The notes beneath the pieces were generated by a model. It was not told the DNA's origin and searched no databases. It saw nothing but the letters and a program-made list of their open reading frames with translations. This document shows positions 13,866-23,509 of a stretch of DNA of 24,085 nt, piece by piece. Made by a program: the position numbers and the translations under genes. The first letter of the stretch is position 1. Each line of letters opens with the position of its first letter. Origin of the DNA: Acidimicrobiales bacterium (lineage in GTDB: Bacteria; Actinomycetota; Acidimicrobiia; Acidimicrobiales; JANYDT01); contig JANYHQ010000491.1 in assembly GCA_025358985.1 (NCBI GenBank), positions 1 through 24,085 on the forward strand. Reading direction: 5' to 3'.

Positions 13866-13872
13866 TACATAC

Positions 13873-16800
13873 ATGGCTGTCTCTCCTTCGCTCATTGATG
13901 CGTCCGGGCAGGCGCCGGTCACTTCGGCCATCGACGCCTCACAGGTCGACCAGAACCTGAAGGCGATCACGGCCATCCACAGCTCGTGGAGGTTGCCGAC
14001 ACTCCCCGACGAGGTGAAGCTCGACCTGGCTTCGCAGCCGGGCGTGACGCCCGACCATCTCAACAACTTCCTGTACGGCGTCGAAGCCGACCTGACGGGC
14101 GGGCAGCCGCAACCGCCGGCCTACCAGGCACCGAGCCTGCCCGACTTCTCGACGTTCGACAAGACGAGGGCGATCGTCGCCGGCATCGCCGGTACGAAGG
14201 CGCCGACCGTCGTTGACGGCTCGGCGGTCGAGCGCTGGAAGATGGACGCCATCGATAAGGGGTATCTGCCGGCGCCAAAAGATGGCGTGATCGACAACTC
14301 GTGGAGTCCCGAGTTCGACACGATCCGCAAAGGCATGGCCTACGACGAGTACAACACACGGCAGCGGGGCGACCGCCCCGGCTCGGTCCCTTTCTCGAAG
14401 ATGGTCAACCAGCTCTACAAGTGGACATCTCCGACCGGACTGCTTGCGGCCGCAACGAACCTCGATCTGTTCTGGAACTTCGGTGCCATCGGCAAGGAGT
14501 TCAACACCTGGGGCGACAAGTGGCGCCAACTGGGCAAGTCGAAGAACCCGTTCGACTTCGCCAAGCACCTCGTCGATGCCCTCACCGGCCCGATCGACGA
14601 CATCCTCATGCCGATCGCCAACTGGGCGATGCTCGCCTCGGGGGTCGGTGAGGCCTACAACTTCGCCAAGGTGGCGTATGCCGGCGAGAAAGCCTTCGCT
14701 GGCGCCGAAGCCGTCGAAGGCCTTTACAAGGCCTCCGGGTTCCTCAACTTCACCAAAGGCTACGACGCCGTCTCCGACGTCGAGCGCATGAAGGAAGCCT
14801 CCGGGCTGGCCTTGCGTCTCGGCAAGTCCAGCAACGGGGCGGTTTCTGGAATAGGCGATGCGATGGGAGCATGGCGGAACCTCGACTCGGTGGCGACATC
14901 GAAGAAGTTCCTGCAGGTCGGCATGCGGGCCGGGCTCACCTCCCAGGCCGAGGATCTCCTCCCGGGCTACCAGGGTGGCCATTCGCTCGGCGACCTGGCC
15001 CCCGTCAAGGACGCCGTCACCTGGGCTCAGACCAACCCGCTGTTCGTCGCCGGCTCCGGCGTTGCCGAGCTCTTCTTCACGCCCTATTCAACATTCCGCC
15101 CCGGTTCTTTCGTGAAGGGCGGCAAGAGCATCATCGGTGGCGCCGCCACGGCGCTCGGCACGACCGGGGGTAGGGCCGTCCTCGGTGGCGTGCTCGGTGC
15201 CGGCGTCGGGACGTGGCTCGGCCACGACACGGGCGACACGCTGGAAGGCGGGGCGATCGGCGCCCTCGGACTCGCTTCGGTGCCTCTGCTCGGCAAGGGC
15301 CTCCATTCGGTGGCCGCCGCAGCCGAAGGTGTGCCGCTCGCAAGCAAGATCCTGCCGAAGTCCGTCGGGACCGTCGGTGACTTCCTCCGCAACACGTCCT
15401 GGAAGCCGATGGCGGACAACAAGGAGCTGACCCTGGCGTTCCACAACGGGATGCTCAACACGCTCGACGGACAGGCCCTGACCGACTATCAGGCGGCCTT
15501 CGACGAGAAAGGCTTCCTTCACGCCTTCGCCCAGTATCACGGCGTCGATGAGGAGACGGCCGGCGCCTCGATGGGTTTCGTGGCGACCGCCGCAGCGATC
15601 GACCACATCGCTTCAAGCCAGGCCAAGGCCGGCGGGGCGAAGAACTGGCTGAAGGTCTACAGCGACGCCAAGAACAAGCTGATCGCCCAGACTCGCTCGT
15701 TCGATCTGAACAACATCGGAGCCCACACGATCGACGAGATTGCAATGGCCGCCTCGATGGGCGTCAACGGCCAGAAGAAAGAGTTCGCAACGCTTCGAGC
15801 CGCCTTCCAGCAGGACCCGTCGAAGGCGCTGGAGTTCGCCAGTGCCCACAACCGACAGGCCCAAGAGACCCTCCAGCAGCTTCTCTCGGTCGAAGCGACC
15901 CCGGACCTGAACCCCGACATTGCCTCCCAGCTGTTCGGCTGGAACGATCTGGGCGCCAAGGAACGTGCCGGCGTCCTGTCGAAGTACATCCCGCAAGTCA
16001 TGGATCACTTCGGCAACTGGCCGCAGTTCTCTGCTCGCACGAGCGAGATCCGCCAGGCCCTCCATGACGGGATGCTCGACGATGCGGTGTTCGACACGTA
16101 CAAGCTGCCTTCGGGTAAGGTGGTGCCGACCGTCAGGCCCCGGGACATTCCGGTCTCGGTGCTGCCGACCACTTCGCAAGAGATCAGTCAAGGCGTCAAC
16201 GACGCCGTGTTCCGGCTCCCCGAGACCGACATCACGAAGGTCACCTCCACCGGCAAGCTGGACGTGCTGGCACGGGCCGTCGACCCTTCGATCGGCCGGT
16301 TCACCGTCATGCGGGCAGACACGGCCGACAAGGGCCAGGTGCTCGGTATCCTCGCCGAGCTCAAGGAGCTGAAGGCGATCCACGAGATCTCCGCCCCGAA
16401 GCTGGACGTCCTTCGAGAGGCCACTGCCGCCCACGGCGAACTCACCGATCTGACCCGCCAGCAGTACGGCGACGTCATCAACTCGATGGTGAAAGGCAAC
16501 AGCTCCCAGAAGGAGATGCGCCGGCTCTACGACTTCGCCAAGCGTCAGGGCGCCTCTTTGTCTGACATGAAGAACTTCATGTCCGACACGATCGACACTG
16601 CCGTGAACGACCCTCGGCTCACCGACTGGCTGGGCATGTCGAAGGTCATCACCGGCGACCCGAAGCCCGGAGAGGCGATCGGCGCCGTCCTGTCGGGTCC
16701 GGCCGCCTTGAAGGCTCGCATCGTCGAACTACAGAAGAAGTCGCAGTTCACCGCCGCCCGCATCGATGGCGACAAGTTGCTCGCCGGGCTCGGCGAAGGC

Positions 16801-19107
16801 ACCCCCGAGTACGTGCGGATGCAGAACCATCTCGACTCGCTGGACCGTGACGGCTACAAGCTCGTGCACGGTGTCGAGTACCTCATGCCCGAAGACCTCG
16901 CTCACCACACCCCGGTCTTCGAGGACATCACCCGACGTCACCTGAACGCAGCGACGCTCGGCAACTTCTTCAAAGGCCGGGAGCCGGCCGTCGCCCGCTT
17001 CGACGAGGAGCGTCGCTCCCGTTCCATCCTGTTCAACAACCTCTCCAAGCAAGGCCTCTTCGACAAGGGCCTGAACGAACAGGACGCCACCAACATGTTT
17101 GAGGATCTCCATTCGATCCTCCGGTCGGAGCAGTCGTTGTCCGAGGAGGCTCGCACCAACGCAGCGACCGGCGGCTGGCTGAAGAAGCGGCTCGCTGGCA
17201 TCACCACGTCGATGACGCCGGTCACGATGGCAGACCTCGGTCGCACGTCGTGGCGCCGTGTCATCAAGGACTTCACCCCGGTGTACGGCGAGGAGGCGGC
17301 GAACGTTGCCGCCCAGTCGTTGCGTGAGATGCGCAACACCCAATTCAGGGACGTCGGGGTGTACGCCATCGAGGCGAAGCTGCGAACCAACAACCAACTC
17401 GCCGGAGCCTTGAAGGTCCTCTCGGGCACAGAGAACGGCGAAGGGTTCCTCGCCCGGTCGAGCACCGCCCGCAAGGTCGGTGCCGTTGCAGGCGGTATCT
17501 ACGGCGCCGAGACGTCCGACAACAAGGCCACCGGGGCGCTGGAAGGGGCGGCGATCGGTGCCGCCGCCGGCACGGTCGGCCAGGGCGCCCTGTCGCCCCT
17601 GTTCTCCAATGCCGAGAAGGCTTTCTCTGCATCGAAGTGGTTCCAGTACGGCTACCTCGCCGACGACGTCGCCGGCATGCGGGACACGATGCGTTTCACG
17701 CTCTCCCCATTCTTCGACCTGTCCCGCATGGTCAAGAGCCAGGAGCTGGGCCAGACCGCCGCCCCACTCAGGAACGACATCGGCGAGCGGATCGTGATGC
17801 CGCTCAACTCGTCCCCGAAGGCGATGAAGGCCCAGTGGGTAAAAGACGGGCTGACCAAGGAAGGGGCGGACCAGAAGTTCGCCACTGCTCAAGCCCGGTT
17901 CCAGGACCTGATGCGTGGCGGCAAGGGCGGCGTGGCCGACGACTTCCAAGCTACCGACAACCTCGCCAACTACTTCCAGCAGATCGGCATACTCGGCCAC
18001 AACCCGGGCGAATGGCAGGTCACCGCCTTCCAGCATCTCGTCGACCAGGGGATCAACCCGGAGAGGGCGGCCCAGGCTGCCCGGGGCATGTACACCTACG
18101 GTACGAGCGGACGGTCGGCCGCCGAGATGTCGGCCAACTTCCTCTTCTTCCCGTTCAGCTTCCAAAAGAAGGCCTACACGGCTCTCGCCCGATACCTGTC
18201 GGACGACATGTCGAGATCGGTGATCCTCCATGACGCCTTGAAGGGCTACGAGTTGCTCGATCAGAAGTACGACTTGAAGCGAATGTGGCACGACCACCTG
18301 CCGGCGCTGGAGAAGTTCCAGCAGTTGAACATGTTCGCCTACGGCGCTTCGCCCGGCAGGCTGGGCGGGATCAACCGGCCGTTCATCGAGCCGATTATGA
18401 ACATGGCCGCCAACTTGCACGGCAAGAGCGACTTCGTCCCCGGGATCTTTAACATGTTCAACCCGCAGGGCGTGCATATCGGCTCGGCCGCCGATGCGGC
18501 CAACATCAAGCACCTGACCGTCCAGCTTCTACCAGTCATCAACGACATCAACCACCTGCTCGGCTCTGGCGCAGAACAGGTCCATGCCTTGAGTTCGCCG
18601 AGCCGGCAGACCTACGCAGCGGACGCTGGCGACGGCTGGTCCGCCTGGGGGGCGTTCCGCAAGGACTTCGAGGCCAACCTGACCAAGCACGGCTACACGA
18701 TGAACGACCTCAGCCAGCCGTGGCTCGCCTCGACGAAACTGGCCTACGAGGCGAAGCGTGCCGAGATCGAACAGCAGTACCCGGGCTGGAAGGACTCCAG
18801 GGTGAAGTCGGCACAGAATAACGCAACGCTCAAGTTGGAACTCCAGGAACGGTTTGACAGGGTGGCGAACGGCAACGCCAGCCCCACTGATCTCGTCACC
18901 TACCAATTCAACCAGGCGGTGACCGCCGCCAAGGCCGACCTCAAGTTGCACGGCATCCCCGACTTCGTGGACGCCCCGTCGTCGGTTCGTAAGAACCTGA
19001 TCGACCAGGCGGTCGGCCTCGCTCGCCAGTTTCCCGAATGGCGGCAGATCTACGGCAAGTACTTCGAGCCTGAACTCGGCACGATCGAAGCAGAGGTAAA
19101 GGCATGA
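13873..19107 (+). CDS. Very large probable internal virion / DNA-ejection protein (1744 aa)
   Basis: Start at ATG 13873, because the track's TTG 13843 lies inside the tRNA. Ala/Gly-rich helical protein with two glycine-zipper-like hydrophobic segments and a C-terminal FLFFPFSFQKK motif. Lies in the morphogenesis operon. Confidence 0.65.
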   Translation: MAVSPSLIDASGQAPVTSAIDASQVDQNLKAITAIHSSWRLPTLPDEVKLDLASQPGVTPDHLNNFLYGVEADLTGGQPQPPAYQAPSLPDFSTFDKTRAIVAGIAGTKAPTVVDGSAVERWKMDAIDKGYLPAPKDGVIDNSWSPEFDTIRKGMAYDEYNTRQRGDRPGSVPFSKMVNQLYKWTSPTGLLAAATNLDLFWNFGAIGKEFNTWGDKWRQLGKSKNPFDFAKHLVDALTGPIDDILMPIANWAMLASGVGEAYNFAKVAYAGEKAFAGAEAVEGLYKASGFLNFTKGYDAVSDVERMKEASGLALRLGKSSNGAVSGIGDAMGAWRNLDSVATSKKFLQVGMRAGLTSQAEDLLPGYQGGHSLGDLAPVKDAVTWAQTNPLFVAGSGVAELFFTPYSTFRPGSFVKGGKSIIGGAATALGTTGGRAVLGGVLGAGVGTWLGHDTGDTLEGGAIGALGLASVPLLGKGLHSVAAAAEGVPLASKILPKSVGTVGDFLRNTSWKPMADNKELTLAFHNGMLNTLDGQALTDYQAAFDEKGFLHAFAQYHGVDEETAGASMGFVATAAAIDHIASSQAKAGGAKNWLKVYSDAKNKLIAQTRSFDLNNIGAHTIDEIAMAASMGVNGQKKEFATLRAAFQQDPSKALEFASAHNRQAQETLQQLLSVEATPDLNPDIASQLFGWNDLGAKERAGVLSKYIPQVMDHFGNWPQFSARTSEIRQALHDGMLDDAVFDTYKLPSGKVVPTVRPRDIPVSVLPTTSQEISQGVNDAVFRLPETDITKVTSTGKLDVLARAVDPSIGRFTVMRADTADKGQVLGILAELKELKAIHEISAPKLDVLREATAAHGELTDLTRQQYGDVINSMVKGNSSQKEMRRLYDFAKRQGASLSDMKNFMSDTIDTAVNDPRLTDWLGMSKVITGDPKPGEAIGAVLSGPAALKARIVELQKKSQFTAARIDGDKLLAGLGEGTPEYVRMQNHLDSLDRDGYKLVHGVEYLMPEDLAHHTPVFEDITRRHLNAATLGNFFKGREPAVARFDEERRSRSILFNNLSKQGLFDKGLNEQDATNMFEDLHSILRSEQSLSEEARTNAATGGWLKKRLAGITTSMTPVTMADLGRTSWRRVIKDFTPVYGEEAANVAAQSLREMRNTQFRDVGVYAIEAKLRTNNQLAGALKVLSGTENGEGFLARSSTARKVGAVAGGIYGAETSDNKATGALEGAAIGAAAGTVGQGALSPLFSNAEKAFSASKWFQYGYLADDVAGMRDTMRFTLSPFFDLSRMVKSQELGQTAAPLRNDIGERIVMPLNSSPKAMKAQWVKDGLTKEGADQKFATAQARFQDLMRGGKGGVADDFQATDNLANYFQQIGILGHNPGEWQVTAFQHLVDQGINPERAAQAARGMYTYGTSGRSAAEMSANFLFFPFSFQKKAYTALARYLSDDMSRSVILHDALKGYELLDQKYDLKRMWHDHLPALEKFQQLNMFAYGASPGRLGGINRPFIEPIMNMAANLHGKSDFVPGIFNMFNPQGVHIGSAADAANIKHLTVQLLPVINDINHLLGSGAEQVHALSSPSRQTYAADAGDGWSAWGAFRKDFEANLTKHGYTMNDLSQPWLASTKLAYEAKRAEIEQQYPGWKDSRVKSAQNNATLKLELQERFDRVANGNASPTDLVTYQFNQAVTAAKADLKLHGIPDFVDAPSSVRKNLIDQAVGLARQFPEWRQIYGKYFEPELGTIEAEVKA

Positions 19108-19111
19108 CCCG

Positions 19112-19118
19112 GGGGGTC
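19112..19118 (+). promoter_or_regulatory. GGGGGTC late-unit motif
   Basis: TGACCCG-GGGGGTC-TTTAC-GTG(19124). Confidence 0.5.
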
Positions 19119-19123
19119 TTTAC

Positions 19124-20800
19124 GTGAGCGATGCCAACAATCAGACGTTTGAGCAACTCGTAGCTCAGATCCAGGCGCTCGGCATCGACCCGGCCACCCC
19201 GTTTGAGCAGTTGCCTCCGCACGTCCAGGAGATGCTGAAGGCCTACGTGAAGCCGTCGCCACTCGACGACCCGACATCGAAGGCGGGGAAACCGTTCGGC
19301 TATAACGATACGGCAGTCCTCCAGGGCATGTGGGACCGGGTCAACCAGCAGGCTGACCGGAACGTCGTCGACGCCGCCACCAAGAAGGCTCAGGCCGACG
19401 GGGTGGTCACGCCCACCGAGAAGCAGGTGATCGACAGGGCCAACAAGTCGGGCAAGCTGACCCCGCAGGACCAGGCGACACTCAACCTGCCGCAGACCCC
19501 GAAGTGGCTCCTGCAGCAGCTCCAGTCCGATCCGACGTCAGCGCAACAGCAACGCATCGTCAAAGAGTGGAACACGGTCTTCGGGACGAAGATGGCCTGG
19601 AGCCAGCTTGTCACCTCCCCGCAATTCAACGACGCCACCGACATGACGAAGTCGGTTGTCAACGGTGCCCTGCTCGACATTGACCCGATCGTCTCCTATG
19701 CGGTGACCCTCCCAGGGAACCGCAAGTATGACGTGACCGCCGACCAGATGAAGACGCAGTTCGGCCTGTACGGGTACAAGACCGAGGACGTGTCCCGGAT
19801 CATCCGCTACGCCGACACGTTCGGCTTCAAAGACTCGACCGGCAACGTGGCCTGGCAGCCTCTGGCGGCCCTTATCAAGGCTCACGGCATCGACCTGTCG
19901 GCCGGCGACTACGTCCAGGATTCGAGCATCAACTCGGACACCGGCAAGCCGAACCACGTGAAGGTCGGCTACAAGATGCCTGACGGCACCACGGTCACCA
20001 ACGCAGATCTAGCTGGCACCATCCAGCCGGCATACAAGGGCAACCAGCCAGCGGCTAAGAACGAACTCTCGATCGCCGAGTTGACGATGGGCTACCAGCA
20101 GGCGCTGAAGAAGTACGGCGACCCGACGCTCGCCTACCTCGGCAGCCTCGACTCCGGTCTCGCCTCCCGGCTGATGGCGACAGGTGGCGATTCGACGAAG
20201 GTCTCCAACGAGGATGCCCTTCTCGCCGGGCAACTGATGTTGAACGGCCAATGGTCCCCCGCCGCCCAGAAGGCCCTCGGCTACGAGGGCGGCTCGGGCC
20301 TGGACGCCTTCATGAAGCACCTTACCGACGTGGCGGACGCCGGGAAGGCCGCCGAACGAACGATGCCTGATCCAGAGACGATCAAGCAGAACGTCAAAGA
20401 CATGTGGCGCTCCTGGTTCCGATCAGAACCCTCCGATGCGATGGTCAACCAGATGACCGGCGAACTCAGGGCGGCCGTCTCGGCTGCCCCGAAGGATCAG
20501 AGCGTGGACCTCACCGCCCGTTTGCGGGCGATGGCGGAAGCCAGCCCCGAATACAAGACGCTCTACGGCCACAAGCAGCCCGGCCAATCCGAGACGGATT
20601 ACCAACAGCAGTTCGTCCAGGGCGCCCAGTCGTTGCTCGGCAACGAGGCCCCCGACAACGCATCGGTGTTGGCCGGGATGAGGACCGGCTCCTACCAGAC
20701 GACGATCGGTTCCACTGCGGCGAGCGCCCAGGCGATGCAGAACTCAACCTTCCTCGGCCACCTCGCCGAGGCCGCCCGAATCGTCAACCAGAACACCTGA
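19124..20800 (+). CDS. Probable internal virion protein (558 aa)
   Basis: Long ORF with genome-typical codon usage between large virion genes. Gln/Ala/Thr-rich; no catalytic motif recognised. Confidence 0.6.
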   Translation: MSDANNQTFEQLVAQIQALGIDPATPFEQLPPHVQEMLKAYVKPSPLDDPTSKAGKPFGYNDTAVLQGMWDRVNQQADRNVVDAATKKAQADGVVTPTEKQVIDRANKSGKLTPQDQATLNLPQTPKWLLQQLQSDPTSAQQQRIVKEWNTVFGTKMAWSQLVTSPQFNDATDMTKSVVNGALLDIDPIVSYAVTLPGNRKYDVTADQMKTQFGLYGYKTEDVSRIIRYADTFGFKDSTGNVAWQPLAALIKAHGIDLSAGDYVQDSSINSDTGKPNHVKVGYKMPDGTTVTNADLAGTIQPAYKGNQPAAKNELSIAELTMGYQQALKKYGDPTLAYLGSLDSGLASRLMATGGDSTKVSNEDALLAGQLMLNGQWSPAAQKALGYEGGSGLDAFMKHLTDVADAGKAAERTMPDPETIKQNVKDMWRSWFRSEPSDAMVNQMTGELRAAVSAAPKDQSVDLTARLRAMAEASPEYKTLYGHKQPGQSETDYQQQFVQGAQSLLGNEAPDNASVLAGMRTGSYQTTIGSTAASAQAMQNSTFLGHLAEAARIVNQNT

Positions 20801-20801
20801 C

Positions 20802-22376
20802 ATGCTCACTCAAGAACAGGTAGCCCAGATCCTCTACCAGGCCGGCTGGCGTGGTGAGGACCTCGTAACGATGCTGGCCATCGGTGGCCGGGAATCGAAG
20901 TACAACCCGGCGGCGCACCGCACCGACAACCCGAACCCGACCGCCCAGACGGGCGACTATGGCCTGTTCCAGATCAACTCGGTCCACCTCGGGTTCTTGA
21001 AGCAGGCTATCGGCATCACCCAGATGAGCGACCTGCTCGATCCGGTCGTGAACGCCAAGGCCGCCTTGGCGCTGAAGAACAAGTCGGGAGGCTTCTCCCC
21101 CTGGTCGGCCGCCCCTGGCGGGTTCAACGCCTCCGGTAGCCCGACCTACGGCACGAACGTGGAAGCGGCTCGTGCTGCCGTCACCAACGCAACGAACCAG
21201 GGGCTTCTTGGCCAAGACTGGCAGCAAGGAGGGAGCGTGAGCTCGACTACCGGGGGTGCCGTTTCGCCCACGGCCAAGTTCAAGTTGCCGTCGGACGCCA
21301 AGGTGGTCAACATCGCCGGCACCTACGACGTTTACGCCCTGTTCGACGTCGGTGGCGTCAACATCTCGTACAAGATCAACCCGAACAGCGCCGTGGATAT
21401 ATCGGGCGCTTCAGTCACGAAGATGTCTCAGGCCGACTGGCAGTCGACGGCAGCGGTCGACGCCGGACTCGCCGATGAGCTCGGCACGGTCGGCTCGACC
21501 TACGGTTCCTACAAGGGCTTCTGGGATTCGATCGTCGGCCAGGTGATGGGTTACAACAACCCGGCCAAAGACGACCCCGAGGTTCGTCGTGTTCTGGCCG
21601 AGTTCGCCGGTCGCCCCGACATGAACCCCCTGGAGCTCAACAACAAGCTTCAGGCTACTGCGTGGTGGAAGTCTCGCACGTTGGGGCAGCTCGACTGGAA
21701 CGGTCTCGCCGACGGCGAGAAGGCAAAGCGCCGTGACGACACGGCGAACCGGATGGCCGACACCTGGAAGCAATACACGGGCCAGCCGGTCACCGCCAGC
21801 GACCCGATGATCCAGAACTACCTGGAGCAGGTTGCCTCGGGGCAGATGGGCTTTGGTTCATGGACCGAGTCGGTCGTCAAGAAGCACGCCCTCGACATCG
21901 CCAACAGCCCGTACAACCGAGACCTCTCCGACGAGCAGAAGGCAGAGAAGCAGCCCGGGATCGACGTGGAGAACACCGCCATGCGGGTTCGCCAGACCCT
22001 CGACCGTTGGGGCCTGAAATGGGGCGAGAGCACCATTCAGGACTGGGCTCGCAAGATCGTCAACAAGGACGCCTCCGACGACGACCTGACCGAGACGTTG
22101 AAGAACCAGGCGCAAGCCCAGTACGGCCAGTGGAAGCCTCGGGACATGGAGACGTTGACGTATGCGGCCCCGTGGATGGAGACGGCCAACCGGGTGCTGG
22201 AACGTCCCACCGATCTGTCGGACCCGAAGGTTCAGCAGGCCTTGACGAAAGGCCAGCCGGTGTGGCAGTTCGAGCAGGACTTGAAGAAGTCCGACGAGTG
22301 GCTCGGGACGAAGAACGCCCGGGACTCGCTCACCACGCTCGCCGGCTCCGTCGGAAAGTTGATGGGGTTCTCGTGA
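20802..22376 (+). CDS. Virion-associated lytic transglycosylase / lysozyme-like protein (524 aa)
   Basis: N-terminal QAGWRGEDLVTMLAIGGRESKYNPAA...DYGLFQINSVH...DPVVNAKAA has the catalytic Glu (RES) and GLFQIN motif of SLT/lysozyme-like domains. Followed by a Gly/Ser/Thr linker and a helical C-half. Confidence 0.85.
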   Translation: MLTQEQVAQILYQAGWRGEDLVTMLAIGGRESKYNPAAHRTDNPNPTAQTGDYGLFQINSVHLGFLKQAIGITQMSDLLDPVVNAKAALALKNKSGGFSPWSAAPGGFNASGSPTYGTNVEAARAAVTNATNQGLLGQDWQQGGSVSSTTGGAVSPTAKFKLPSDAKVVNIAGTYDVYALFDVGGVNISYKINPNSAVDISGASVTKMSQADWQSTAAVDAGLADELGTVGSTYGSYKGFWDSIVGQVMGYNNPAKDDPEVRRVLAEFAGRPDMNPLELNNKLQATAWWKSRTLGQLDWNGLADGEKAKRRDDTANRMADTWKQYTGQPVTASDPMIQNYLEQVASGQMGFGSWTESVVKKHALDIANSPYNRDLSDEQKAEKQPGIDVENTAMRVRQTLDRWGLKWGESTIQDWARKIVNKDASDDDLTETLKNQAQAQYGQWKPRDMETLTYAAPWMETANRVLERPTDLSDPKVQQALTKGQPVWQFEQDLKKSDEWLGTKNARDSLTTLAGSVGKLMGFS

Positions 22377-22380
22377 CTCC

Positions 22381-22387
22381 GGGGGTC
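22381..22387 (+). promoter_or_regulatory. GGGGGTC late-unit motif
   Basis: TGACTCC-GGGGGTC-CTATAG-ATG(22394). Confidence 0.5.
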
Positions 22388-22393
22388 CTATAG

Positions 22394-23509
22394 ATGGACC
22401 CCGCTCAAGCGATAACGCCGCCCAGCACGGGCGCCGGGCTACTCTCCGATCTAGAGACCTTGTTCCCGTGGCTGAAGTCTGTCGGCCTGCCCGCCTCCTG
22501 GTTCCAGGAGGTGTCGGCCACCTCGGCCTCCGACAGTGAGGTCGTGGCCAAGCTGCGGGGCACCTCTCAGTACAAGTCCCGATTCGCCGGACTTCTCCGT
22601 GAAGACGGCTCGATGCGGATGAATGAAGCGCAGTACATCAACCAGGAGGACTCCTACCGCCATCTGCTCAAGCAGTACGGGGTGTCGGCTGATCGCATGG
22701 ACAACCCGGCGGACTTCGTCGGGTTCTTCAAGTCGGACATCGACCCGAACGAGCTGAAGCAGCGCCTCGACATCTACGACAACGTGAAGACCGGCGGCCA
22801 GGACCTGAAGGACGCCTTCTACGTCTATGCCGGGATGCGGGTGTCGACCGACGACCTGTACGCAGCGACCGTCGACCCGGCAGCCAGTCAGCGGCTGAAC
22901 GAGGAGTACAACCAGAAGGTTGCGATGCAACCCCTCGACTACAAGACGTGGATCACCCGGGCCACCGAGGCCGGGCTTGCCCGTGTCTCTTCGACCCTCT
23001 CGGCCCTGCAGCAGCAGGGCGCCCTGACAGGCAGCGCCGTCCAGAGCGTCATCCAGACCGATCCGAATTTCGCTCGACAGATAATGGACGCCTTGTATCA
23101 CGGCGGCGACCCGACGTCGGGCCAGACCTTGAACTTGAACGAGCTGATGCATAGCTTCGAGTACGCTGCCCTCGGGGCCGCAGCGACAAGCGCCGGGCTC
23201 GCCTTGCCGGACAAGGATACGATCGCTCAGATCCGGTCGGCTGGCGTGAGCCGTGCTGCGGCGCAGCAGGCCTACGTCCAGTTCGGCGAGAACAAGAACC
23301 TGTACGCCGGAGCGGTGGACCGCTCGGGCGGCGGTGCGTTCACTCAGAGCGACTTCGAGAAGGCATCCTTCCTCGGCAACGCCGATGAGGCAGCGAGACT
23401 GACGAAAGGACTCGGGCAGGAGGCCTCCTACGGGCAGGGTTCCGGCCAGTTCAACATCAGTCAGAACCGAAAGGGTGGGTATAGCCAGACGGGCCTCGTG
23501 AACCGTTGA
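22394..23509 (+). CDS. Probable internal virion protein (371 aa)
   Basis: KLRGTSQYKSRFAG...NEAQYINQEDSYRHLLKQYG resembles, from recollection, a segment conserved in actinophage virion proteins. Operon context agrees. Confidence 0.6.
   Translation: MDPAQAITPPSTGAGLLSDLETLFPWLKSVGLPASWFQEVSATSASDSEVVAKLRGTSQYKSRFAGLLREDGSMRMNEAQYINQEDSYRHLLKQYGVSADRMDNPADFVGFFKSDIDPNELKQRLDIYDNVKTGGQDLKDAFYVYAGMRVSTDDLYAATVDPAASQRLNEEYNQKVAMQPLDYKTWITRATEAGLARVSSTLSALQQQGALTGSAVQSVIQTDPNFARQIMDALYHGGDPTSGQTLNLNELMHSFEYAALGAAATSAGLALPDKDTIAQIRSAGVSRAAAQQAYVQFGENKNLYAGAVDRSGGGAFTQSDFEKASFLGNADEAARLTKGLGQEASYGQGSGQFNISQNRKGGYSQTGLVNR

Noticed and set aside
1420-13875. Upstream-extended starts in the ORF track (2166, 3524, 4579, 5208, 10555, 13843)
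   Set aside because: The extensions run through regulatory repeats, the promoter, a neighbouring gene or the tRNA. Downstream ATGs have proper RBS or coupling.
16762-16773. IDGD in the 1744-aa protein as a possible virion RNA polymerase motif
   Set aside because: It lacks the DxDGD/NADFDGD context and I saw no other polymerase motifs.
6273-18513. Long minus-strand ORFs opposite the late genes (e.g. 6273-7763, 8275-10002, 13939-14982, 16729-18513)
   Set aside because: In-register antisense shadows of GC-rich coding strands with strong third-position bias. They have no RBS and no recognisable motifs.
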